A stretch of 62,997 nt of DNA, the filler included, from Lenisia limosa (taxonomy: Eukaryota; Protista; Breviatea), in the NCBI GenBank assembly GCA_001655205.1. It is 15 parts of 15 records of this genome, joined end to end, with 100 filler letters (N's around TTAATTAATTAA, not from the genome) between each part and the next. Parts side by side here need not be neighbours in the genome. Positions count along the whole stretch, not along the records: positions 1 to 9,140 come from LPNZ01007772.1; positions 9,241 to 18,636 come from LPNZ01010195.1; 13 more parts are not named here. The stretch is one strand, 5' to 3'. Below are positions 1-11,499 of the stretch, piece by piece. The notes beneath the pieces were generated by a model. It was not told the origin of the DNA. It worked only from the letters and a program-made list of their open reading frames with translations, and did no database searches. The translations under genes and the position numbers were made by a program. Every line of letters starts with the position of its first letter. Position 1 is the first letter of the stretch.

Positions 1-251
1 GGGTGACAATATATGATATTATCTGTAATACTATAAGGATAATTTATTTGATGAAGGAAATTGAGTATAAGCGCTTTTAAAGAAAATTAAAAATGCCAAT
101 CTAATTATTACAATAGTGCAATTAATTTTGAAATTTGAATTTCAATTGGACATATTTTAACGAGAACGCCAAGTAGACACTATAACTTCAAAAAACTTTA
201 ACAATACGAACTGCTCACAGTCCTAAAAGTCACCTTATTCTGACTACCTAG

Positions 252-3200
252 GCGGTTGNNNNNNNNNNNNNNNNNNNNNNNNNNNNNNNNNNNNNNNNNN
301 NNNNNNNNNNNNNNNNNNNNNNNNNNNNNNNNNNNNNNNNNNNNNNNNNNNNNNNNNNNNNNNNNNNNNNNNNNNNNNNNNNNNNNNNNNNNNNNNNNNN
401 NNNNNNNNNNNNNNNNNNNNNNNNNNNNNNNNNNNNNATGGCTAACCAGCTGGTGTTTAAGAAGGTGGGAGTTGGGGGCATTGGAGGGTGTTTTGCTCTT
501 TTTAAATACCTTATGTTGCTCAGATGTTAAGCTAGACTCTGCAATATTTTTTTAAAAAGTATCTTTTTCCAATCGAAATTTTCTGATGTCATGGTACATA
601 AGAAATTATACAAGATGTCTTTCAAATAATAACTATAAAGGAATTATCATACATTTTTACGATCCATATTTTAAATCACCACCACAAATGAGAATTGTTT
701 CATAAATTTTCCCATCTCACCCCCCCCCCCNNNNNNNNNNNNNNNNNNNNNNNNNNNNNNNNNNNNNNNNNNNNNNNNNNNNNNNNNNNNNNNNNNNNNN
801 NNNNNNNNNNNNNNNNNNNNNNNNNNNNNNNNNNNNNNNNNNNNNNNNNNNNNNNNTGGGGGTTTTCTACAATGATTTCAAAATAGAAGGTCTTTTTTTT
901 TTGCAAATACATTTGCTAGAAATATCACCTCATTTCCACTAATGTTTGGGGGGGATATGGAGCATTAAATATTGAATGAATCATAGAGATCATAAATTAT
1001 CATACTATTTGATAGCTATCTACTATGGTGTCATAGCTTTATTACCTATTAATTTTTTTACCTAATGAGTATGTTTTCATTTGAATTTCTAATTACCCAG
1101 GTGGTTGACTACTTCGGTTCTCTTGGAATTCTCATTTGCGATTGCCTTGGTTGGCTGGGTTTCCCTATCAATAAAGCTTCGCAAAATCGATAAACTATCA
1201 AAATATATCGATAATTTGCCCAAAAATTTAGTCATTATCTGGTTCGGAATTAATCTCTACTTCTAAATCGCCTAGGCCTGTCGGAGTGCACGGGACCTGC
1301 GTGCCTGTCGCACCCCCCTTTCAACAGACACACCTCTGTTGGGCGCTGCTTCCCTGGCGAGGAATTCGTGAGGGGGGTCTTTTGTGTTTGTTTCATAGAA
1401 TTTAAATTGTCCACACAAAGTATTTCTATTTTACCTGAGCGACTGGCCTGAGCTTTGTTTGTTTTGTTATCAACCCTATTGTGTTGTCAGACGTTTTCAT
1501 AAATTGTCCAATTTTACCCCCCCCCCCAGATGCTTGCCAACGCCAATGACAAGGGTGAGGGTGAACTTTGTTTCCGCGGCCGCAATCGTTTTGCTGGCTA
1601 CCTCAAGAACCCCGAGGGTGGGTTGATGGGCTCTGTACCGTTGTTAATAGTGCATAATAGGTGAGTTTCTCTCCCTCTTTGTCTCTTCCCTATTTCTCCC
1701 GTAGGCTTTCGTATTTGGAATTGCGTAAAATGCTTGTATGCCCAGTTGCTATTTCGAAACTGCATATTTATAAGCACTTATCATATTAAGAATTCCTTAC
1801 CATATTTAGACAGAGCATTATTAAAAACTCTGACCATATTTGGAAACTGCTGGTTTAAAGCACTTACTCGATTTAGAAACTGCGAAGGCGATCGACGCCG
1901 CCGGCTGGCTTCATACCGGCGACCTCGGATGGATGGACGATGGAAAGAGAGCCTATATCACTGGCAGAATCAAGGTAAGCGGGTGTTTACCCCTCCCCTT
2001 GTTATTATCTGGTGGTGAGGTGGTTCAAATGTAGCAGATTTTTGTTATTTATGTTCATTTTGTTTTATTTTCTTTGATTGGGAGTGCTAATGAGTTGTCT
2101 TATATCCGTTCCACCATCCACCCACCCCCATATTGTGAGTCTAACTCAACAGGAGCTTATTGTCACTGCTGGAGGAGAAAACATCCCCCCAATCCTTATC
2201 GGTTGGCCGAAAATGGGGGGGGGGGGGNNNNNNNNNNNNNNNNNNNNNNNNNNNNNNNNNNNNNNNNNNNNNNNNNNNNNNNNNNNNNNNNNNNNNNNNN
2301 NNNNNNNNNNNNNNNNNNNNNNNNNNNNNNNNNNNNNNNNNNNNNNNNNNNNNNNNTGTCATCGGTGACAGAAGGAAGTACCTCAGCTGCATCATCTCCA
2401 TCAAGGTATGCCGCGGTTTTAGAGTTACTCAAGATATACATCTAGGGCTCCAATCTTGTCTGAAAATGACCGATAAAATCTCAATAGTTTTCGAGAATTT
2501 ATCGAGAAACACAGTCTTTTTTGTGAGAAGAAAAACACTACATATCATACTTTTTGTTTTTCCGTATGTTGTGGGGAGGGGGGGGTCGCGTGAGCGACCA
2601 AAAATATACTTAACTTATTTTATTTTCTAAGCTAATAGCTTAGTTTATACGATATGAAAACGGTTGAAGGCAACAACAGATGAGAAATAAACAAAGACCA
2701 TCACGCTTTTTACCTGATCATTGCCTTACAACTCTGTGTATACGGCGTTTTGCGTACCTCCTCAGCATACAGCTTACCACTATAGTGTGAAGTGGACCTC
2801 GACACAATGGAACCTCAAGAAGCTCTTTCAAAGAATATTCTCCCTCTTTTGGAGTATGCGACTGAAGAGAATTGGATCCTAGTTTTCTTCAATATTTTGT
2901 CAAATTGCTTTATTATCTGGTACCGTTTCTTCTTCTTTATTTCCATTCTTCATCATTTCTACATCATCTCTCTACTGTTTTCACTTGAACTATCATATCT
3001 ACACATACCTATTTTATGTGTAGGTGTCCTGCAAAAACTGCTTAGGTACAATGACTATGCTCAGTACCTTAGCACAACTCATGTCACGTTCCCCTAATTT
3101 CCCCCTTAGGACCCTGGGATCTGAGGCCAAGACCGTAGCTGAAGCAATGGAATGCCCTAAAATAAAGGAAGCCCTCGACGCTGCCCTGAAGGCTGCCAAT

Positions 3201-3754
3201 GCTGTGTATGAGAGGTGGAAAATATGTAGATTTGAGGCATGCAGTGACCACGATAAAAATCGGTCAAGACTTATCGGGTCTATAATCATCCCGCTCCAGA
3301 GTTGATTTGGGCTTTTTTTTTTGTGTTTCATAAATTTTCCAATTTCACCCCTGGAGTGATGGGATGCGGTGCTACNNNNNNNNNNNNNNNNNNNNNNNNN
3401 NNNNNNNNNNNNNNNNNNNNNNNNNNNNNNNNNNNNNNNNNNNNNNNNNNNNNNNNNNNNNNNNNNNNNNNNNNNNNGAAGTTCAGAATCATCCCGAAGG
3501 ACCTCTCCTTGCCCGGTACGCTTCGCCCGGCCGCATTTAGATTCTTATGCATCATGGATATCGATAGATACAAGGTTTCGAAAGAAAACGCTCTATTGGA
3601 TATTCGTTTTTGATTTAACCTGATTTACACTAAATGAAAGCCCGTTTTTTTTTTATTAGGTTAAAAGTGTTTGAAACACCATAACAGTTTAGGTGGTGAG
3701 CTGACCCCTACCCTCAAGATCAAGAGAGCGTTTGTCCATAACAAATACGCTGAG
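252..3754 (+). CDS. ACSBG: Long-chain fatty-acid-CoA ligase, bubblegum/ACSBG type (5' partial, some exons masked)
   Basis: GT-AG exons at 1276-1367, 1530-1617, 1877-1974, 2153-2201, 2786-2853, 3110-3205 and 3693-3754. They read GLSECTGPA, GEGELCFRGRNRFAGYLKNPE, GWLHTGDLG..ITGRIKELIVTAGGENIPP, IGDRRKYLSCI and GGELTPTLKIKR. Confidence 0.92.
1438..1529 (+). repeat. Intronic modular repeat (family C) ending at the splice acceptor
   Basis: GCGACTGGCCTGAGCTTTGTTTGTTTTG...TTTCATAAATTGTCCAATTTTACCCCCCCCCCCAG|exon. Homologous modules occur at more than 10 other sites. Confidence 0.85.
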
Positions 3755-5440
3755 GTATGAGGTACTCCCGTGTGACATTTGTCATGTCTGTATGTTTGTT
3801 AGTTAATAGCTCTATTGCGTTATGATGTCATTCCACATTTTGTTAATTTCTTTTTGAAATTGTATTTACCCGTCCTATTGTTCGTGACTGTTCCCTACGC
3901 CTCACGCCTGTATTTTTAATGAGAATCCCCCCCCCCCNNNNNNNNNNNNNNNNNNNNNNNNNNNNNNNNNNNNNNNNNNNNNNNNNNNNNNNNNNNNNNN
4001 NNNNNNNNNNNNNNNNNNNNNNNNNNNNNNNGTATTTAGTGTCAATGGCGCAAATGATAATATAGATTTTTTTTTTTGCAGAAACGTCAGGTCAAATAAT
4101 AATAATAATAAATGTCGAAATGAGAAAGAAAAAAACAAGGTGTTACCTGACCGAAGCCGTCCACACCCATAATAATAATAATACACAATCGGGACAACCT
4201 AAGAAAAATGCATCTATGACAAAGAAAGCTAAATATACAAACGGACCGCTCGTCCTACTGGGGTGATGATTCCATGAGAATCGCAATCTGGAAATAGTCA
4301 AATCAAAAGATTGAAAATAGAGTCAAATCACAATATATGATGGTATGTAATCAAAAGATGGAGAGTCAGTTATTCTTTATTATCATTATATATGATGTTG
4401 CTGATCATCAAGTCGAATCAACAGGTGTTTTATGGTTTTGTTCATGCTATTTCGCCAATTCAAGTGTTATTGTTGTTTCATTGCTGGAACTTTCAGGAAA
4501 GGATACGTAGCAAAATGGACATATGTTTGTCATTCCAGCGACCGGCTATGGTACTCTTGTAAATCACCAAGGCCATCCACTACGTGCTTCCCTTCACAGA
4601 AAAATATCGAAAATATAGTTGTAGAGAAATATTTACTATTTTCTACAGCCCCACACAGGCAACCCAATATGGAAGGAAATACTAGGATGCGATCGAGAAA
4701 TACTGTGGGGACTGGACAATATTGATACTACAGTATGTAGAAATGAGATGCGATGATTATACAAATCGGCTTCAGCCAGATGACTTGTTATTAGACAGAG
4801 AAAACAGGAGGATATCCGAAAAACATTCACATAAATCAACATTAAAGAGAAAGGTGAAGAGAAGAGACAACTTAAAAAAAAGCCTCCACAAGTTATCAAT
4901 CAAATCACCACCATAAAATCATGTTTAAAGGCAATTGCCCTAATACGACAAAGATCCTTGCTTAGTCATCATTATTGTACATATAAACAAGAGAAATAAC
5001 ATTTTGTGTGTATCAAAGCTCATTACTCTATAACGCAGAACCTTCTCCCAACACTTTTGTATGAATAAGGTGAAATTCCAAAAACAAAACAAAACAAAAC
5101 AAGATACACCAAATTTTTTCATGCGTATTGGAAGCCAATATAACTTGACGTAAAGCTCATATTGATAACTACTTAGACAAAGCAAAGGGTGATATATGCT
5201 ATTTTTATTATGAAAACTTCGCAAATCCACACTAGCATATGAAGTGACAGTGGTTTGTCAGAATTCGATTCAGGAAAATTCGGTAACGACTCAATATATG
5301 ATGAAGAAGGGGGATTTAAAACCAAAAATTCTAGTTAATGTACTCTTTATTATTAACAAAGACAATTGCAATAAAAAAAGTCTGTACTATGATGTAAATA
5401 GTGCGGACGTATGAGGCATTATTGCTTGATCAAATAACCT

Positions 5441-5744
5441 TCAATGTTCCCTGATATGGCCCCTCCGAAATACCTTTTTCTTCAAATCAGGTTGCGATAA
5501 GAGCTCGGAAATAAAACCCAGAGCATCATCGGGCTTGCTGGGGAGTGAGTATAGATGTGCAAAATGCATAACAGCAAAGGAGGCCGATCAGAAAGAGTGA
5601 TAACGTTTTATTGAATAACGCGCTTTGATTTAAGAGATTTTCTTTTACCTACGTTTTAATCAGCTCTCGGGTTGCAAAAGACATAAGAGCCTTGATCTCT
5701 GGGTGCGACCTCAAGTACTTTTCATTATCCATCTGGATTTTTAC
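5441..5744 (-). CDS. RIIAD1: RIIa/D-D domain protein, RIIAD1-like (last two exons)
   Basis: Exons 5744-5653 and 5537-5441 splice to VKIQMDNEKYLRSHPEIKALMSFATRELIKTKPDDALGFISELLSQPDLKKKVFRRGHIREH*. This resembles the RIIAD1 NEKYLRxH...KxPD pattern. The first exon was not resolved. Confidence 0.65.
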
Positions 5745-6191
5745 CTGGTTCATAAGAGAAGTTTGCTTTAAATCTAGAGATAGAAGTCAAAAACAAACCT
5801 TGGAAGCGTTATCCATTTTACAATCTTATTATTAGGAATCTAGCACTTACTCTGTTCTAATTTAGGTAACTATTGCACAATAATCACAGCTAGAACCTCA
5901 AATCGCAATTTTTTCAAAAGAAACTGACGATCCTCAATTTATTTCATGTAGTTCATTAATATTATATGGTCATAAATACTGCAAATGGTCAGCTAAAGAT
6001 CATTTTCTGATATACAACGCAGAATATGTCCAGTCAAAATAGTTATTTGAATTTAGAATCCCCTTTTGAGCTTCACATTTCTCGAAAAAGACCTCTTTTA
6101 ATTAGGTGAGCATTAAGGTATATATAACTAATACGGTTATTATCACCATTTATCTTGGAAACTTAACAACACAGCTGGTAAAGTTGCCACA

Positions 6192-7463
6192 ATGTCAGAT
6201 CACGAAGAAGATGCTGAAATGCTCGTTGCAAAGCCCCCACCATCAAATATGAAGGCTAAATGGGTGTGTTGCAAAAGCTGTGGCCTCTTAAAAACAGTTG
6301 AACAGTTCTTTGATGAAGGTTGCGACAACTGTAAGTCACCTCCTTGGACCTTTCTTGGCTTATTGTCTAGGTGAAGGAAATGTGAGGTTCCAAGATAGCA
6401 GGGACAACGTGATTGAGGGTACCACCTCCAAATACGAAGGGTTGGTGTGATCTGTGCTTCTTTGTAATTCAGCAGTCATGTACGAAGGTTGTGTACAGAT
6501 AAATGTTTCAATATTTAAACATAGTACCCATCTCTTTACCCCCCCCCCCATCATCCTCATCGTCACCATTGTGAATTCAGTTTGAGTGTATAAGAATTCA
6601 GTCTATTTATTCCCATAAGATGAAATTATGCTATTATTCGAATTAGCAATAAAGGAGACATTGAAGGATGATAGTTTATTAGTTGCATTTAGGCTTTTTT
6701 GCTTTCTCTTTGTTTTATTGACACTTTATGTATCCCTAGATTTGCATTTCCTTAAACCTTCCTATAAGTTTTGCAAATATAATAACTAATAGTCCCTCCC
6801 TGGCTTTGACAATCTAGTGTAGTCTCTCTGATCAATCCTGAAAGAAGCTGGGTTGCTCGCTACCAAGGAATTAGTACGGGGTGAAAGGATTAGTACTTGC
6901 GCGAGGGGTTCTACTTGAGGGTGGTGTGGCCTTTGCCTTGTTGACATTAGTAGTCCCATACATTATTTTTTAAGCTGGTTTTGTTCTAATGCTATGGGTT
7001 TTTATCTTACAATTTGGTTTGGACTGATTCCATAATCGAGCACTTTTGGAGGGTTTATCCAGAAATTTAAACCGAATAAACAATGTTTATGGGTAGTATT
7101 TTGAAGAATTCTGCTGGATGGTTGGGAGTTGGGGTGCTTCATTCCTCTGTATATAGTTTAGTTTATANNNNNNNNNNNNNNNNNNNNNNNNNNNNNNNNN
7201 NNNNNNNNNNNNNNNNNNNNNNNNNNNNNNNNNNNNNNNNNNNNNNNNNNNNNNNNNNNNNNNNNNNNNNNNNNNNNNNNNNNNNNNNNNNNNNNNNNNN
7301 NNNNCATTCTACGTATCATTTCAGTGTCCAATCGATTTTGGTCAACGTGTCTCTTCTTTGGGCTTGTCTAAATGGGATGGTGTTGTTCTGCTGAAACACT
7401 CACAGTTTAGATCTCTTGAAACCTGGGGTATACTCGGTGGCACATGTTCAGGCTGATCAGTAG
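6192..7463 (+). CDS. SPT4: Transcription elongation factor Spt4
   Basis: Exons 6192-6330, 6371-6440, 6818-6873 and 7411-7463 give CKSCGLLKTVEQFFDEGCDNC, TTSKYEGVVSLINPERSWVARYQ and KPGVYSV, with TAG stop at 7461. Confidence 0.93.
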
Positions 7464-9269
7464 ATCGGAGGTAATGGTTGTACAGTAATAATGTATTTTG
7501 TAGTTCTGATTTCAAATTTGGAGGAAAAAGGGAGACCTGGTTTTTGTTTGTTTTGCTATTATTAACCTTGAGTGTTTCCTAAATGCCCTCCACAAACACA
7601 CCAATCATTGTAACTACTATATTCTACCTGATCCCTGTTTCCTTATTTAATAATGAGTGGAAGTGGGATGGGAACTCATCCCTAAATATTGTTTCTCATT
7701 TGCATTATTATTCATAAGAATCCCGTTACAGCTTGGGAAAACTAAGAAAAACAATAAATAATACCATAATCAGATCAGTCACCATAACGAACCGAATCAA
7801 GGCATCTTGCCCATGAACCGCAAATAGGTCACACTCATCACAAAGTCAACACAAATGATCTGATCCAAAAGCACATTGGGCTCGGATTCAAAATAGAAGC
7901 ACATTGGGCTCGGATTCAGAATAGTCGCTCTCGTTCACATCCTCGATTTCTGAAAAAGTCATTGAAAAAACACATTAAATGTAACAGCCCCTTACTCCCT
8001 AGCAAAATGGAAAACAGAAAGAAATGAAAACAAACAAGGATGTTAGATATTTTTTTAAAAAAATGTTCAAAAGAAAAAAACATTAGTATTATATTCGAAC
8101 AAAGACAAGAAAGTTGACAGGTTGAAATAGCTACAGTTCTTTTTTTCAGCTCATCATTTAAAACAAAATGTATAAATTGGGCTATGTTATCAATCAAGTA
8201 AGTCGTACCCCCTGAGTGCGAAGAGAAATACCAAAAATGTCCCAATTTTGACTAAAATTTGTGGACAATTTACCAAAATCTATGCCTTGGTCCCCTCTTC
8301 AATAATGAAGCATTGAAATAATATCGTAAATTTTTGAACTGAACTGAACTGAACTTGGGTTATTTAAGCAGAGTTCCCTTTTCACGGTGAAGCGATCGTA
8401 GATCCAGTGGCTTAAAGTGCACGGCGAATGTGCAAATGCCGAGCATTTGTTTATGTTTTATCCAGCAGCTCTTTCTGTCTTCTTCCTTCTCTTACCAGTC
8501 CTTTTTTAGTCTTTTACCAAGTCTTTTACTCTTTTTACAGATCTTTTTTGCCCAGCTTTTGCCTTTCTTCTGTTCTTCTGAATGACTCAACATCGGTAAA
8601 TATGGTATGCTGTATAAATCTGTGGATGTTTTTCATGGTCATTTAGGGATAATATCCTGACTCTGCTATCTTCAATCAAAATNNNNNNNNNNNNNNNNNN
8701 NNNNNNNNNNNNNNNNNNNNNNNNNNNNNNNNNNNNNNNNNNNNNNNNNNNNNNNNNNNNNNNNNNNNNNNNNNNNNNNNNNNNNNNNNNNNNNAACTTT
8801 GATTGTGGACCTAAATCCTTCTCAGATTGTAGAACGGTGCCGTCGTACCCTTCGACAAAAATGAGCTAGGAGGTGTTTCAACTGCCCGTTCTAGTGTCAT
8901 CCTTCATTCAGGTTAACAGTTACAAATTAGTTCATCCAATTCAAGACATTATCCATATGTCAAGAGATGTCGTTTTTTGGTGTCGAGAGAAGAGGTCGAC
9001 TTCTTTTTTCTTGCATGGAAGGCAGTTGCAAATGCTGGAAATACGAACTAACGAGAGCTGCGGCCGAATTCGATTTCAAGAGGTGCTCCATACAACTCCA
9101 TCCACACAGCTTTCCGTGTGTAGTAGCATATACATGTAGGNNNNNNNNNNNNNNNNNNNNNNNNNNNNNNNNNNNNNNNNNNNNTTAATTAATTAANNNN
9201 NNNNNNNNNNNNNNNNNNNNNNNNNNNNNNNNNNNNNNNNTCCTCACCATTCTCTGACTCACGACCCAG

Positions 9270-11000
9270 CATTTGAGGAGCGAAAGGGCGAGGTAGCGCC
9301 GCCGGTCACCGCTCTCTCCCTGGCTGTCAAGGAGGTCAAGGAGTCCAAGGCCCTCAAACAAACCCTTGAAGTGGGCGCATGGCAATTGCTTATTGTTTCG
9401 CTACCACTCTCATGTTCCAGGTTATCCTTGCTCTTGGAAACCATCTCAACGGAAGCACGTCTCGTGGTGAATGCTACGGTTTCAAAGTAAGCCTGTAGCC
9501 AAGCCTCATATCTTTAGCTCTCCGTCCTGCCCAAGCTCCGTGATACGAAATCGCCTGTGCAGACCAAAATCACCCTCCTGCATTACCTCACCCAGGTACA
9601 CAGGGGAATATAAGGTTGAATTTGCCAAGTTTTTTTGATGAATAGTAATCGTTGAAAGAGATCTTTCTGCTGACTCCTTCCTTTCAGGTGATTGACAAGA
9701 AATTCCCTGATGCTGCTAATCTCTCCGAAGAATTACCCCATCTTGCTGAAGCCGCGAGAAGTAGGTCAACCCTTCTCAGATACTTCAATTCCCAATCTTC
9801 AATATCTTTTTTTTAAAAAAAAATTACGTTTTCACACTTTAGTTTCCATGAACGTTCTGACTGCTGATATTGCTCAAGTGCGTTTGATGCCTCATATCCT
9901 GCTTTATTTCTTGTTTCTTACATGCGCTCTCTCCTTTCCTTCTCAGCTGTCTGACGTTCTAGGTTAAGAAGGGTCTGGCTGACATTGTGAAAGAAGTTGA
10001 AATCCATAAGAAAGGACCGCAGAGTGAAGGAGACAAGTTCGAAGAGGTAGGAAAGAGGATGTGACACTTCTCGGGTGTTTTAGAACACATAAGTCTAAAC
10101 TATGGCTTTTTGTGGATACACACACCCAATATGAGGCCCCGTCTTTGATGTGTGGCCACTCTTGCTGTTCTTTCTTTCTTACCCCCAGTCCATGCAAACG
10201 TTCTTGGCGGTCAATGAGCAGTCTTTCACTGAAATTGAAAACGAGTTCAAGGAGGCGGAAACTGGCTTTAAGGTTGGTCGCCTTTTCAAACTGGATGCAT
10301 TCAGAGGTGTTATTCGTTTGGGTGATTAGCGGTGGTGGGACTTTTCAAAGGCGCAGGCTTTGGTTTTGTGTTTTTGTCATCTGGTTTCTGTCTAGTTTTA
10401 ACATTTGTTATTTCTTGCCTTTGTTTTTGTTTTTGTTTTTTGTTTTTGTTTGGATTTTCATGTGCACTCGCTTCAAGATGTATATTTTTAGCGAGGGGTT
10501 TCTTTTTTATCCTCCAGGACCTTGTGAAGTCCTATGCCGAAGACCCATCCAGCCAGGGTCCTGAGGAGTTCTTCGGAATCCTGAGTGTATGTTGGGATTC
10601 TTGGCGATACTTTTTTTGGAGTTCTCTCTAATACCAATGAAGAGTTAAGGCAGACGACAATGCTTGACTCACCATGCAGGGATTTGTTGACAGCATGGCC
10701 TCAGCAAGGAAGGACCTTCAGAAGATGAAGGAAGACGAAGAGAAGCTGAAGAAGAGAGAGGAGTCAAAGAAGGCCCAGGCCGAGGCCATGAAAGCTCGCA
10801 AGTCTCCAATGGGTGGAGGAGCTGCAGGACCCGGCAAGGACGCCGGACTTATGGACGACCTTGTTTCGCGGCTCAGGGCCGGTGGCGGAAGACGACAACG
10901 CCCAAGCCCTGTTGAAAAGAAGGAGGAGGCAAAGAGTGGTACGGGGGAGGGGGGCGGGAGGTGCAGGACTGTTTACACTGAACATGTTCTTACTCAGTAG
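9270..11000 (+). CDS. Diaphanous-related formin, FH2 C-terminal half plus DAD (5' partial)
   Basis: Exons read VILALGNHLNGSTSRGECYGFK, LSVLPKLRDTKS..TLLHYL, ..SQGPEEFFGIL and a DAD-like GLMDDLVSRLRAGGGRRQR. Confidence 0.9.
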
Positions 11001-11499
11001 ATGCACCATCATGGATGGTCAAACTCAAAAAACGCTAGTTGGGGATTTCTCTGTATTTAAGGAAGAAGTAGGTTTTGATTAGTAATTAATAATGTACACT
11101 GTGTTTTAGTTTTCAATCTGTTCCATGCGCAAACTTTCATTCATATGTTCAAATGCAAAAATAATTAACTGTTGACAAATTTCCAAACGCTCTGACTGCT
11201 TTGAATTGAGACTGCCAAACTGCGAAATCTCACATTCTCACATCAATCTTGCATCAATCTTACACATTCTCAAGTGATTCTCAACAATCTCAAATTCCAA
11301 CGTGATCCCAATACGTGCCAACACAAGCCTCAGCTTGCAAGCAACTTGCAAGCGCAGGCAACGTGCAGGGGCTTTCCTGCGGGGTTTATACTTACTTCCT
11401 TTTTTTTCTGTTTTTTTGGCACTTTTCTGGTTCTTTCGTGTTTCTTTCTGATTTTCTTCTTCTCTCTGAGTGCTAAAAAAGAGAAAAAACAAAATCAAG

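Noticed and set aside
4200-5300. Short ORFs between ACSBG and the RIIAD1-like gene
   Set aside because: No consistent splice pattern or protein motif; treated as intergenic.
8360-8642. Minus-strand frame with clustered in-frame TAA codons, suggesting TAA=Gln recoding or RIP-like mutation
   Set aside because: Base-by-base checking shows the TAAs come from a repeated GTAAAA(A)GA motif and the frame does not stay open afterwards. Host genes end in TAG, TAA and TGA normally.
8795-9140. Possible decayed intronless gene at a contig end
   Set aside because: All frames are broken and no motif was recognised; too weak to call.
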